This document shows, one piece after another, positions 9,518-20,391 of a stretch of 64,000 nt of DNA. Source of the stretch: an uncultured Muribaculaceae bacterium (GTDB taxonomy: Bacteria; Bacillota_I; Bacilli_A; RF39; UBA660); NCBI GenBank assembly GCA_964616645.1, contig CAZTUM010000001.1:9318-73317 (forward strand). Reading direction: 5' to 3'. The position numbers and the translations under genes are program-made. The first letter of the stretch is position 1, and each line of letters opens with the position of its first letter. The notes below the pieces were generated by a model. It saw only the letters and a list, made by a program, of their open reading frames with translations. It ran no database searches and was not told the DNA's origin.

Positions 9518-10831
9518 ATGAAAGAGTTGTTACTTGATAAAATTGAAAATAAAGAAATTGTAGTTGGTGTTGTTGGTCTTGGATATGTTGGGCTTCCTCT
9601 TGCGGTAGAGAAAGCTAAAGCGGGTTTTAAAACTATTGGTTTTGATGTACAGCAAAAAAAGGTTGATATGGTTAATAGTGGTGTTAATTATATTGGTGAT
9701 GTTGTTGATAATGAGCTAAAAGAGTTAGTAGACAGTGGTATGTTTAGAGCGTCAGTAGATTTTTCTGAAATTAGCAAGGTGGATTTTATTGCTATATGTG
9801 TACCTACTCCGCTTGATGAACATCAACAACCTGATATTAGTTTTGTTAAAAATAGTGCTGAAGAAATTTCTAAATATTTAACATCTAATACTATGGTTGT
9901 TTTAGAGTCTACTACTTATCCTGGTACGACTGAAGAACTTATTAAGCCAATTTTAGAAAATGGTTCTTCTTTAAAATGCGGAAAAGATTTTTATTTAGGA
10001 TTTTCTCCAGAACGTGTAGACCCAGGAAATTTATATTTTAAAACAAAAAATACTCCTAAAGTTGTAGGTGCAATAGGTAGGGATGCTACTGAGGTTATTG
10101 CTAAAATGTATCGTTGTGTATTAGGCGCTGAGATATATGAGGTTTCTTCACCAGCGGTTGCAGAAATGGAAAAAATACTAGAAAATACTTATAGAAATAT
10201 TAATATTGGTTTAGTTAATGAACTGGCAATGTTATGTAATAAAATGGGAATAAGTTTATGGGAAGTAGTTGACGCTGCGAAGACTAAACCTTATGGATTC
10301 CAAGCATTTTATCCAGGTCCTGGGTTAGGTGGACACTGTATTCCACTTGATCCATATTATCTTGATTGGAAAGCTAGAGAATATGGGTTTCACACCTCTT
10401 TAATTCAAGCTTCTGGTATTATAAACGATAGAATGCCTGAGTATTGTGTAGAAAGAGCAAGTAAAGTGCTTGGAAAACATCATATTTCGCTTAATGGTTC
10501 TAAAATTTTAGTACTTGGTGTTGCTTATAAAAATGATATAGACGATTACAGAGAAAGTCCCGCTCTTAGAGTTATTGAAATGCTTGAAGAAAATATGGCT
10601 AATGTTGATTTTTATGACCCTTTGATATCTCAATATAGTTATAAGAACAAAATTCATAATGGTATTGATAATATAGATGATAAAACTATTAAGGACTATG
10701 ACTTAGTAATTATTACTGCTGCTCATTCTGCTTTTGATTATGAAATGATTGCTAAGAATGCTAAGGCTATTTTTGATACTAGAAATGCTATGAAAAATAT
10801 TAAAGATAGAGAAAATATTGAATTGTTATAA
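9518..10831 (+). CDS. UDP-N-acetyl-D-glucosamine / mannosamine 6-dehydrogenase, WbpA/WecC-like, of the UDP-glucose/GDP-mannose dehydrogenase family.
   Basis: N-terminal GLGYVGLP Rossmann motif, catalytic Cys region GPGLGGHCIPLDP, and about 437 aa. Confidence 0.8.
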   Translation: MKELLLDKIENKEIVVGVVGLGYVGLPLAVEKAKAGFKTIGFDVQQKKVDMVNSGVNYIGDVVDNELKELVDSGMFRASVDFSEISKVDFIAICVPTPLDEHQQPDISFVKNSAEEISKYLTSNTMVVLESTTYPGTTEELIKPILENGSSLKCGKDFYLGFSPERVDPGNLYFKTKNTPKVVGAIGRDATEVIAKMYRCVLGAEIYEVSSPAVAEMEKILENTYRNINIGLVNELAMLCNKMGISLWEVVDAAKTKPYGFQAFYPGPGLGGHCIPLDPYYLDWKAREYGFHTSLIQASGIINDRMPEYCVERASKVLGKHHISLNGSKILVLGVAYKNDIDDYRESPALRVIEMLEENMANVDFYDPLISQYSYKNKIHNGIDNIDDKTIKDYDLVIITAAHSAFDYEMIAKNAKAIFDTRNAMKNIKDRENIELL

Positions 10832-10835
10832 TTAA

Positions 10836-12080
10836 GTGAGTGATATTATGAAGAATATTTGGATTATAAATCATTATGCTACACCACCTATGTATGGTGG
10901 ACTTACTAGACATCACTTTTTAGCAAAATATATAAATAATAAGAAATATAAAGTTACTTTAGTCGCAGCGAGTGCTATTCATAATTCAAATATTAATCTT
11001 ATTACTAATGGTGTAGATTTTATAGAGCATAATATAGATGGAGTAAATTATTTGCATATTAAAACATCACAGTATGATAATACGGTTAAGAGAGTTTTGA
11101 ATATGTTACAATATTATTTTAGAACATATAGAATTTTAAAAAGAAAGATAGTTAAAGGAGATAGGCCTGATTATATTTACTGTTCTATGCCTCATCCTCT
11201 ATCTCCTTTAGTAGCTTTAAAGATTGCACGTAAATTTAAAATTCCTTGTACTGTTGAAGTTAGAGATTTATGGCCAGATTCTATTGTTAGTTATGGCGTA
11301 ATGAAGAAAAATAATTTAATTGTTAAATTATTATATAAGTTAGAAAAGTATATATATTTACATGCAGATAAGTTGGTTTTTGTAATGGATGGCGCTAAAG
11401 ATTATTTGTTGAAAACTAGCTATAATACTAAAATTGATTTTAATAAGGTGTATACTATTAGTAATGGTGTAGATTTGGATAAGTATTATTCTGATTTAAA
11501 TAAGTTTAAAATTAAGGATAAAGATTTGGATGATAATAAATCTTTTAAACTAGTGTATACTGGTTCTATTAGATATATATATAATATTAAAAGGCTTATT
11601 GATGTTGCTTCAAAAATTACTAATAAAAATATTAAATTTATTATTTATGGTAATGGACCTTTTTTGGAAGAATATAAGGATTATTGTATTAAAAATAATA
11701 TTAAAAATGTTTTGTTTAAAGGATTTGTTGATAATAAATATATTCCATATATTTTGTCTAAGGCTGATGTATGCTTGTTACATGGGGAGATGAGTAGTAT
11801 TATGCAGTATGGTATGAGTACTAATAAATCTTTTATGTATTTAGCATCGGGTAAACCTATCATATCTACTTATCCTAATAATTATGATTTTATTGATGGT
11901 AAATGTGGAATTACAGTTAGTAATAATAGTAATGATGAATATGTAGATGCCATAATGAATTTATATAATTTAGATGAAAAAAGTAAAGATAGATTTAAAA
12001 ATAATTCATTAAAATTAGTTAAAAAATTTGACTATAAAGTACTTGCTAAAAGTTTAATTAGTGTTATTGATGAGATGTAA
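10836..12080 (+). CDS. Glycosyltransferase family 4, WbuB/WbpH-like.
   Basis: N-terminal IWIINHYATPP...GG motif typical of WbuB-like GT4 enzymes, and a GT-B C-terminal domain. Confidence 0.7.
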   Translation: MSDIMKNIWIINHYATPPMYGGLTRHHFLAKYINNKKYKVTLVAASAIHNSNINLITNGVDFIEHNIDGVNYLHIKTSQYDNTVKRVLNMLQYYFRTYRILKRKIVKGDRPDYIYCSMPHPLSPLVALKIARKFKIPCTVEVRDLWPDSIVSYGVMKKNNLIVKLLYKLEKYIYLHADKLVFVMDGAKDYLLKTSYNTKIDFNKVYTISNGVDLDKYYSDLNKFKIKDKDLDDNKSFKLVYTGSIRYIYNIKRLIDVASKITNKNIKFIIYGNGPFLEEYKDYCIKNNIKNVLFKGFVDNKYIPYILSKADVCLLHGEMSSIMQYGMSTNKSFMYLASGKPIISTYPNNYDFIDGKCGITVSNNSNDEYVDAIMNLYNLDEKSKDRFKNNSLKLVKKFDYKVLAKSLISVIDEM

Positions 12081-12094
12081 GGAGGAATTATATT

Positions 12095-13669
12095 ATGAAT
12101 AATTTACATATTAAGTTTGATAATGCTAATCGTTTTAATTGTGGCAAGTTATTTATAAAATTTAAGGGATTAGTATTTTATAAAAATTATTTATGTGGAA
12201 TTGATTCTTTGAGGCATTTTTTTAATGATTTTTCTCGATATACTGATAATATTAAACATTTAAGAGGAAACTTTATTTTATGTATTGAAGATGGTGATAA
12301 TATATATATATGTACAGATAATTCTGGTATGTCTAGGTTATATTATTATGATAATTGTATATTTGATAAGTATTTGGAATTGGTTGATTATTTTAATTTT
12401 TCTTCTAATGATTTAGATAGTAATGGAATTGTAGAATATATTCAATATGGTTATAGTATGTTTTATACATTTTTTAAGAATGTAAAGATATTGGGTAGAG
12501 AAGAGATAATTTTTTTAAAAAATAAAAAATTAACTATTAAAAAGAAGCATATTGAAGATATATTTGCTAATGGTGAGGACATTGTAGGTTTTTTTAAGAA
12601 TTTTAAATATAATTTTAGTGATAAGAGGATAGCTTGCGATTTAACCGCTGGAATTGATTCTAGACTTAATGTTGCTTTACTTAAAGATAATGGAATTGAT
12701 TTTAAAATTTCTATTTCTGGGCAACCTAATCATATTGATGTTATTAAGTGTAATGAAATTGCTAAAATTATAAATATTGAAGTATTGCAATTTGACCTTG
12801 ATAAAAATATTGATAAATCTATTATTGATAAATTATTTTATCAATTAGATGGTCAATATTCAATTTTGGAATTTTATAAAAATTATATTTTGACTATGGG
12901 ACTTATTAATAATAATATTAACTTGAGAATTAGTGGCGCTGGCGGTGAGATGTATAAATATTCTTGGTTTGCTGAAGATTTCCCATGGTTTAATAAGAAA
13001 AAATTTACTTTTGATAAAGTTTATAATAAAAGATTTATTTCACGTTCAGTTAAATATGAATTTTATACTAATGATTTTTCTAAAAAAATATTTAATTATC
13101 AAAAAAAAGTTAAAAATATATTAGAAAAATATAGATGTATTAATAATTCTAAAACATATGATAAATTATGTTATGAGACTATTATGAGATTTGGAGCTTC
13201 TACTCAAATGATACAATTTGATGATAATTATATTAGATATGCTCCCTTATTAGAATTATCAATAGTAAGAAATGGTGTTAATTTAAATATTAAAGATAGA
13301 TTATTGTATATGTATCATAGGAAGTTAATTACAAAGTCTTGCCAAGAAATTGCTAATGTTAAGACTAATAAAGGTTTAACTGTAAATAGTTCTGTGTTAG
13401 CGTTGGTTGTGGATGCTTTAAAATTATTTGGAGAGTTTGCTTTAAAAATTAAAAATAAGATATTTAGAATTGATGTTAATAAGACTGATAGTGCAAATAG
13501 TGATAAAATTTTTGAATTTATGAAACTTAATGATGCTAATTTAATCAAAATAATTAAAGAATATGGTATTGTTAATGATAGTTTTGATAATATGAAAGTG
13601 GATAATCAAACTTATAGTAGATTGATAACTATTGCTAAAATGATTGATTATATTGATAAAAAATTATGA
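12095..13669 (+). CDS. Asparagine-synthase-family PP-loop amidotransferase, WbpG-like. It lacks the N-terminal Cys nucleophile of class II glutamine amidotransferases.
   Basis: PP-loop variant CDLTAGIDSR within an ATP-pyrophosphatase region; strong RBS GGAGGA; embedded in a glycan operon that makes a hexuronic acid. Confidence 0.5.
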   Translation: MNNLHIKFDNANRFNCGKLFIKFKGLVFYKNYLCGIDSLRHFFNDFSRYTDNIKHLRGNFILCIEDGDNIYICTDNSGMSRLYYYDNCIFDKYLELVDYFNFSSNDLDSNGIVEYIQYGYSMFYTFFKNVKILGREEIIFLKNKKLTIKKKHIEDIFANGEDIVGFFKNFKYNFSDKRIACDLTAGIDSRLNVALLKDNGIDFKISISGQPNHIDVIKCNEIAKIINIEVLQFDLDKNIDKSIIDKLFYQLDGQYSILEFYKNYILTMGLINNNINLRISGAGGEMYKYSWFAEDFPWFNKKKFTFDKVYNKRFISRSVKYEFYTNDFSKKIFNYQKKVKNILEKYRCINNSKTYDKLCYETIMRFGASTQMIQFDDNYIRYAPLLELSIVRNGVNLNIKDRLLYMYHRKLITKSCQEIANVKTNKGLTVNSSVLALVVDALKLFGEFALKIKNKIFRIDVNKTDSANSDKIFEFMKLNDANLIKIIKEYGIVNDSFDNMKVDNQTYSRLITIAKMIDYIDKKL

Positions 13670-14802
13670 AAAATAGGACAATAATAATTTTATCACAGGT
13701 AAATTTTGATGATTCTCCATATACATCATATACTCATTATCATGCTATGGAACTTGTTAAACTTGGTTATAAAGTAATTGTACTTGCTTCTGTTACGATT
13801 AAACCAGGTGCCAATTTAAATAAATATAGTGGAATACATTTTATTAATGGTGTAGAGGTTATTTATTTTAAAAGGCTAGGTTTTTCTAATATTTTATATA
13901 AGAGTAAGATTAATCTTAATGCTATTAGTTATTACATCGGTTGCCATAAAATAATTAAAAATATTTTTGCTAAATATAATGTTGTTTTAATTGATGCACA
14001 TACTTTTAAAGTCCAAGGTGTTGTTGCAAGTTATTTAAAGAAGAAATATGATATTGTTACCATTGTTACCTCACATGGTACTAGTTTAAATAGAAATTTA
14101 CAATTTAAAAATGGAATTAATTCTATTAAAAAGGTATCTAGTATAGTTGATTATATGGTATGTGTAAGTGAAAAAATTGAAAGAGAGCTTTGTAGTTTAG
14201 GCATAATAAATACTAAAGTTATTTATAACGGAGCTATTTCTTATGACAATGATATGGATAATAATAATTATAATATTATATCAGTTGGATATTTTACTAA
14301 AATTAAGAATTTTGATAAGGTAATTATGGCTTTTGCAAAAGTTATAAATATGTTTCCCTCTGCAAGACTTACAATAGTTGGTGATGGGGGAATAAAGAAT
14401 GATTTGATTAAGTTAGCTCAAGATTTAAATGTGGATAAGTATGTTTGTTTTACAGGTGTTTTATCTAATGATAAGGTTAATTATTTATTAGCAAAAAGTA
14501 ATATTTTTGTTTTACCTAGTTCTCCTGAAGGATTTGGAATTACTTATGTTGAGGCTATGAATAATGGATGTATTGTTATAGGTACTAAAAATGAAGGTAT
14601 TGATGGATTTGTTAAAGATAATGTAAATGGTTTTTTAACTAATGTGGATGTTGATGAAATTTATGATAAAATTCTCTATGTTTTTAATAATAATTGTGAT
14701 AAAATTAGAATGACAGGTATAAATGATGCAAGGATGCTTACTTGGGAGAATAATGCAAAAAAATATGTAGAATTGTTAGGTGAGACTAATGAAAAAAAAT
14801 AA
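13666..14802 (+). CDS. Glycosyltransferase family 4 (group 1).
   Basis: C-terminal EGFGITYVEAMNNGCIVIG motif (E-x7-E GT4 signature). Confidence 0.75.
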   Translation: MKNRTIIILSQVNFDDSPYTSYTHYHAMELVKLGYKVIVLASVTIKPGANLNKYSGIHFINGVEVIYFKRLGFSNILYKSKINLNAISYYIGCHKIIKNIFAKYNVVLIDAHTFKVQGVVASYLKKKYDIVTIVTSHGTSLNRNLQFKNGINSIKKVSSIVDYMVCVSEKIERELCSLGIINTKVIYNGAISYDNDMDNNNYNIISVGYFTKIKNFDKVIMAFAKVINMFPSARLTIVGDGGIKNDLIKLAQDLNVDKYVCFTGVLSNDKVNYLLAKSNIFVLPSSPEGFGITYVEAMNNGCIVIGTKNEGIDGFVKDNVNGFLTNVDVDEIYDKILYVFNNNCDKIRMTGINDARMLTWENNAKKYVELLGETNEKK

Positions 14803-15922
14803 GATTACAATGATTTGTCACGTTACTAGTGGACATAGTAGATATGATGGGAGAATTTTTTTAAAGCAATGTTCTTCCTTAGCTAAAAGTAATTATAATG
14901 TTACGCTGTTATGTTGTGATACTTTAAATAATGAAGTTAAAAATAATGTTAACATAGTATCTATTAATAGACAATTTAGTTCTTTGCGAGATAGAATTTT
15001 TAATTCTAAACGGCTACTTAAAAAAAAATGTTTAGAAATTAATGCTGATATTTATCAATTTCATGACCCCGATTTATTACCATTAGCTCTTTATATCAAA
15101 AAAAGAGGAAAAATTGTAATTTTTGACTCTCATGAAAATTATCCTTCACTTGTTTTAGAAAAGCAAAGTATTCCTACTTGTTTAAGAAAAATAGTTTCTT
15201 CAATTTATACAATTTATGAAAAGTATGTTTTTAAGAGACTTAATGGGGTCATTTGTGTTGCTGATTTTCAATTAGATAGAATAAAAAAAATTAACAGTAA
15301 CACTGTTATAATTACAAATTACCCAATTATAGATAATAATTTCAAAAAAAATCATAATGCTAGAAATACAATATGTTTTGCTGGTGGAGTTAGGGCAAAT
15401 TGGAATCATGATAAAGTCATTCGTGCAATAGAAAATATTAATGATGTTAAATATATAATTGCTGGTAGTTATAAGGATAGTTATTTAGATTCATTGAAGT
15501 TATATAATGGATTTGAAAAAGTTAAACTTTTAGGAAAAATTGAAAAGGAGGAAGTTAAGAATTTATATTCTAACTCCAATATTGGGATGGCTCTTTGTTC
15601 ATACAGACCAAATACTTGCTATAAAAGGGGAAGTCTTGGTATTACTAAGATATTTGAGTATATGATGTATGAATTGCCAGTTATTTTTACTGATTTTGAT
15701 GTTTTTAATAACATACTAAAAGAAGGAACATTTGGAATTTCTGTAAATCCATATGATTATAAAGAAGTGTCTAAGGCTATTAAATATTTGATTGACAATC
15801 CTAAAATTGCAAAAAAAATGGGTGCTATAGGGAAAAAACTGGTCTTAAATAAATATAATTGGGAATCTCAGGCTAAAATTTTAATTAAATTTTATAATGA
15901 TATGGTGAGTTGTGATGAATAA
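14780..15922 (+). CDS. Glycosyltransferase (group 1 / GT4-like).
   Basis: GT-B architecture; its start overlaps the upstream gene by 23 bp. Confidence 0.6.
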   Translation: MRLMKKNKITMICHVTSGHSRYDGRIFLKQCSSLAKSNYNVTLLCCDTLNNEVKNNVNIVSINRQFSSLRDRIFNSKRLLKKKCLEINADIYQFHDPDLLPLALYIKKRGKIVIFDSHENYPSLVLEKQSIPTCLRKIVSSIYTIYEKYVFKRLNGVICVADFQLDRIKKINSNTVIITNYPIIDNNFKKNHNARNTICFAGGVRANWNHDKVIRAIENINDVKYIIAGSYKDSYLDSLKLYNGFEKVKLLGKIEKEEVKNLYSNSNIGMALCSYRPNTCYKRGSLGITKIFEYMMYELPVIFTDFDVFNNILKEGTFGISVNPYDYKEVSKAIKYLIDNPKIAKKMGAIGKKLVLNKYNWESQAKILIKFYNDMVSCDE

Positions 15923-17318
15923 AAAAATATTATTTGCTTTATATACTTTATTTATTCTTTTAGTTCCAATTAATATTAAACAGTATTTTATTACCTATTC
16001 AAAGTTAATATTTACTCTATCTTTTATAGTTTTTTTGACTATATTAATTACTGATTATAAGTATTTATTATCTATATTAAAGAAAAAAAATATTAAAATT
16101 ATATTGTTATCTTATTGCTCTTTTGCGTTTTTTGTACTTTTGTCCATTATCTTTAATTCTTTTATTGATAATGAATGGATTTGGTCGAATTTTTTTGAAT
16201 TTCTTAGGGTTATTGAATATTTGTTAATATTTATAAATTATTATTATTTCTTTTCTTTTTGTAAGAATAATTCTAAATTATTTATTGTACTTTTGTTTAT
16301 TGTGTTAACTATTATTTCTCTTGTAGGTATTATGCAATATTTTAATTTGTTTAATTTGAATGAATATTATATTAAATATATAGCTCCTACTCAATATATA
16401 ACACTTGTTAATAATTATCCTTTCCCAAGAATTGTCGGATTGGTGGGTAATCCTAATGTTTTAGGATACTTTTATGCTCTTAATATTGTATTCTTATTAT
16501 ATTTAATGTTTACTAAGAAATATAAATGGCATTATATATTGTTATTTATATTATTGTTTATATTATATAATATTACTTTATTTATGACTTTATCTAGGTC
16601 TTCTTATATTTGTATGATTGTTGGAGAGTTTATTATTACAATTTTATTAAAATTTAAATTTAGGGTTAATAAGTTTATTAATTTTTCTAAGTATCTTTTG
16701 ATAATTATATTATTTAATGTTTTATTACTTTTGATATTGCCTTATAATATTACGTGGAGATTTTTAGAACTTGTTAATATTAATAATGTTGATAGTTGGC
16801 AAAATAGATTAAACAACTATGAAAATGATATGAAATATTTTAATGATTCTACTTTATCTTCTTTTGAATTTATAGATGATAAATCAAATAGTGATAATTC
16901 TAATATTGATAATACTAATGCTATCATTGATAATACTAGTCCTATTGTTAATAATACCGATGATGTAAAGAAAATTGTGGTATCCAATCTTATTTATAAA
17001 ACTGTTGGTTATGGGCCTGATAAACTTGCAAAAAAACATTCTACTATTTTTGATAATGAATGGATTATGTTGTTGTTTAGATATGGATATATAGGTACTT
17101 TATTTTATGTATGTATGTTATTTGCTCCATTATGTTGTTATAAGTATTTAGAAAAAAATAGATTGTTTTTGTATATTGTAATTATGGTAATGACTATTAT
17201 ATATATGATACCATCTGCAGTTTATCACTGTGATATGTTATTTGCTTTCACTTGTATTTTATTTGCATATGCATTACAATATAACGAGAAAGGTGTGCTA
17301 ATTTCTTATGAAAAGTAA
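15912..17318 (+). CDS. Polysaccharide polymerase of the Wzy / O-antigen ligase family.
   Basis: About 10-12 predicted TM helices and a large extracytoplasmic loop, sitting within a Wzx/Wzy-type locus. Confidence 0.55.
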   Translation: MMNKKILFALYTLFILLVPINIKQYFITYSKLIFTLSFIVFLTILITDYKYLLSILKKKNIKIILLSYCSFAFFVLLSIIFNSFIDNEWIWSNFFEFLRVIEYLLIFINYYYFFSFCKNNSKLFIVLLFIVLTIISLVGIMQYFNLFNLNEYYIKYIAPTQYITLVNNYPFPRIVGLVGNPNVLGYFYALNIVFLLYLMFTKKYKWHYILLFILLFILYNITLFMTLSRSSYICMIVGEFIITILLKFKFRVNKFINFSKYLLIIILFNVLLLLILPYNITWRFLELVNINNVDSWQNRLNNYENDMKYFNDSTLSSFEFIDDKSNSDNSNIDNTNAIIDNTSPIVNNTDDVKKIVVSNLIYKTVGYGPDKLAKKHSTIFDNEWIMLLFRYGYIGTLFYVCMLFAPLCCYKYLEKNRLFLYIVIMVMTIIYMIPSAVYHCDMLFAFTCILFAYALQYNEKGVLISYEK

Positions 17319-18510
17319 AAAGAAAAGGATTTTGTTTGTGACTGTTTTACCTCTATGGTCCCTTGGTAATAAGAGTGGTGGACGGGCTTTATATTCAACA
17401 ATTAAGCATTATATTGATAATAATTATGAAGTCTTGCTTATAACTGACAAAAAGGTTGATTTTAATTTTATTAATTTAAATCCTAAAAATGTATTTTATA
17501 TTGATACTAGTTTTTTTATAAATAAATTTGGTATTGAAAAGATTGGTTATTTTTTTAAGATATTATATGTTAAATATTTTAAATATTATGTAGGTAAGAT
17601 TTTTAAATCACTTAATAAAGATAATTTGATTATATATGCGTATGAGGTGCATGCTGTGATGGCATGTAAATGTTTAGCAAAAAAATATAAACTACCTCTA
17701 GTAACTCGCTTTCAAGGAACTATTATGGCAAACAAAAAATATAATTTGATTAATAAAATTAGATTTTATCCTCATTTTCAAGCGCTTGCAACTAGTTCTA
17801 ATTTAGTAATTATGACTAATGATGGGACCCAAGGGAATTTAGTACTAAAAAATTGTAATAACTTTAGTCCAATGTTATTTATTAGAAATGGGGTAAATGT
17901 ATTAGATAATGATATAAATATGAAAAAAGATGATAAATTAATTAAAAAGTTAAATGTTCAGAATAAAACAATTTTATTAACTGTTAGTAGATTAGAAAAA
18001 TGGAAAAAAGTAGAAAGAGCTATTTATACTCTTTATGAATTAAATAATGAAAAATTTCATTTAGTTATTGTTGGTGATGGTGCTATGTTGGATAGTCTTA
18101 AATTACTAGTTAAAAAACTGGATTTAACTAATCAAGTTACTTTTACAGGAGCCATTCAAAATGGTGAAGTATATAAGTATATGTTGATTGCAGATATATT
18201 TTTATCATTTTATGATTTAAGTAATGTAGGTAACCCGTTGTTAGAAGCTCTATGCTTGGGTAAAGCTATCATTACATATAATGTAGGTGATACAAATCAA
18301 GTTATTAATGGAGCTAATGGTATTTTATTAGATAATGTTGACCCTAAATATATTGCTAGTATTATTAATAATTTAAGTGACGAGGATATTAAAAAATATG
18401 GAAAATATGCTAAAGAATATGCTGATGTAAACCTTTACTCTTGGAGAAAAAGAATGATGATCGAAGAAAAGAAAGTTGGTGGGGTTTTTGATGACTTCTT
18501 TAAAAAATAG
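17308..18510 (+). CDS. Glycosyltransferase family 4.
   Basis: GT4 C-terminal motif GNPLLEALCLGKAIITYNVGD. Confidence 0.65.
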   Translation: MKSKKKRILFVTVLPLWSLGNKSGGRALYSTIKHYIDNNYEVLLITDKKVDFNFINLNPKNVFYIDTSFFINKFGIEKIGYFFKILYVKYFKYYVGKIFKSLNKDNLIIYAYEVHAVMACKCLAKKYKLPLVTRFQGTIMANKKYNLINKIRFYPHFQALATSSNLVIMTNDGTQGNLVLKNCNNFSPMLFIRNGVNVLDNDINMKKDDKLIKKLNVQNKTILLTVSRLEKWKKVERAIYTLYELNNEKFHLVIVGDGAMLDSLKLLVKKLDLTNQVTFTGAIQNGEVYKYMLIADIFLSFYDLSNVGNPLLEALCLGKAIITYNVGDTNQVINGANGILLDNVDPKYIASIINNLSDEDIKKYGKYAKEYADVNLYSWRKRMMIEEKKVGGVFDDFFKK

Positions 18511-19768
18511 GTTAATTATTGAATTGAATAGTCTTAAAAAAACTGGCTTCTTTTCAATTTTTATGTCTAGTGTATTATGTAAGATTTTAGTTTTTATTGG
18601 TTCTACTATCTTAGTTAGAATGCTTTCTAAAAATGATTACGGTATTTATGCTTACATTTTAAATTGCATTTCAATGGTTAGTTTACTTGGCGATTTTGGT
18701 GCATCTTCTGCTGCACTACAATTTTTATCACAAAATGAAAAAGATTCTGGTAAAAGTGGCGCAATTGTAGCTTTTTCATTAAAAATAATTATATATTCAT
18801 CTATACTTTGTGGATTATTAATTTTACTATCACCTTTCTATTATCCATTTACTTTGGATGAAGCAAAATATTTGTTGCCTTTTTTGTTTTTATTACCATT
18901 TATTACTTTTATTTCAAATTTAGTACCTATTATTTTAAGAGCTAATCTTGAAAACAAGAAATATGCAAAGTTTCAAATTTTTTCCACTTTTGCTAGTTAT
19001 TTATTTTTAATTTCTTTTTCTGTTATATTTGGTTTATATGGTGCTGTTTTTTCACAATATATATATAATTTAGCCATTTTATTCTTTGGTATCTTTCTTT
19101 GTAAAGATTATTTAAAAAAATACTCTTTTAAAGATAGATTATCTAAAGAATATAAACATGATTTTTTAAAATTTTCTGTTGCTAGTCAAATTAATAATTC
19201 TATTAATGGTATATTATTAATTATAGATACTTTTTTAATAGGACTGTTAATTGCAGAATCTACAACTGTAGCTTCATATAAAATTGCTTCTGCTATTCCT
19301 CATGCTTTGACTTTTCTTTCTTCGTGTGTTACTGTTTATACTATGCCACATTTTATTAAGCATAACAAAGATAAATTCTGGATTAAAAGTAATTTAAATA
19401 AAATGTTTAAATACGGTACAATAATTTATGGTATTTTATTTACTGGAGTTATTTTATTTTCAAAAATTATTATTAAATTAATTTACGGTAATGCTTATTT
19501 AGATACTGTTCCTACTTTTATTGTTTTAATGATAGGCTTGCTATTTTCTTCAGCGTATAAGATACCAATTTCTAATGCACTACATTGCATGGGTAAAATT
19601 AAAATTAATATTATTATTAACACTATTTCTGCTGTAGCTAATGCTATATTAAATGTTATTTTTATAATTAATTATGGATATATTGGGGCCGCGATTACTA
19701 CTACTTTAATTAATATTGCTAGCTCTGTTTTCTATATTATTTATATTAAGAGATTATTAAGAAATTAA
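18476..19768 (+). CDS. Wzx-type oligosaccharide flippase of the MOP/PST family.
   Basis: About 12 TM helices, about 420 aa, adjacent to a Wzy-like polymerase. Confidence 0.65.
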   Translation: MVGFLMTSLKNRLIIELNSLKKTGFFSIFMSSVLCKILVFIGSTILVRMLSKNDYGIYAYILNCISMVSLLGDFGASSAALQFLSQNEKDSGKSGAIVAFSLKIIIYSSILCGLLILLSPFYYPFTLDEAKYLLPFLFLLPFITFISNLVPIILRANLENKKYAKFQIFSTFASYLFLISFSVIFGLYGAVFSQYIYNLAILFFGIFLCKDYLKKYSFKDRLSKEYKHDFLKFSVASQINNSINGILLIIDTFLIGLLIAESTTVASYKIASAIPHALTFLSSCVTVYTMPHFIKHNKDKFWIKSNLNKMFKYGTIIYGILFTGVILFSKIIIKLIYGNAYLDTVPTFIVLMIGLLFSSAYKIPISNALHCMGKIKINIIINTISAVANAILNVIFIINYGYIGAAITTTLINIASSVFYIIYIKRLLRN

Positions 19769-19803
19769 CTATATTATTAATTGGTATGATATTGGAGGTA
19801 ATT

Positions 19804-20376
19804 ATGAAATTTAAACGTTTTTTAGTATATTTATTTATTTGTCCTATATACTGGTTTAGTTGTTTAATATATGACAAAAAGTATTTAACTGGTTCTCTTT
19901 ATGCACGCGATCATTTTTCTATTGGTTGGAAGTGGGTATTAAAGTATTGGTATGTTCAAAAGATAAAAGGAATTAATAGACATGTACCTTTCCCTGTGCC
20001 ACCTTGGGTTAAATTTGCTAATGCAGAAAACTTAATTTTTGATGTTGAAGATATGAGATATTTTCATTCAGTTGGTTGTTATTTTCAAGGTATTAATGCC
20101 AAAATTTATATTGGCTCTGGTACACAGATAGCTCCAAATTGTGGTTTTATCACTGCTAATCACGATTTTAATGACCTTAGTAAATCTGCAAAGGGTGAAG
20201 ATATTTGCATTGGAAAATCTTGTTGGATTGGAATGAATAGTGTTATTTTACCTGGAGTTACTTTAGGTGACCATACAATTGTTGGAGCTGGTAGTGTTGT
20301 TACAAAGAGTTTTAATGAAGGTAATTGTATAATAGCAGGAAATCCTGCAAGAAAAATTAGAGATTTAAAAAATTAA
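19804..20376 (+). CDS. Hexapeptide-repeat O-acetyltransferase (maltose/galactoside acetyltransferase-like, WcaF-like).
   Basis: C-terminal hexapeptide repeats (IGKSCWIGMNSVILPGVTLGDHTIVGAGSVV); RBS GGAGGT placed before the internal Met at 19804. Confidence 0.65.
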   Translation: MKFKRFLVYLFICPIYWFSCLIYDKKYLTGSLYARDHFSIGWKWVLKYWYVQKIKGINRHVPFPVPPWVKFANAENLIFDVEDMRYFHSVGCYFQGINAKIYIGSGTQIAPNCGFITANHDFNDLSKSAKGEDICIGKSCWIGMNSVILPGVTLGDHTIVGAGSVVTKSFNEGNCIIAGNPARKIRDLKN

Positions 20377-20391
20377 TTTATGGAGGTTATT

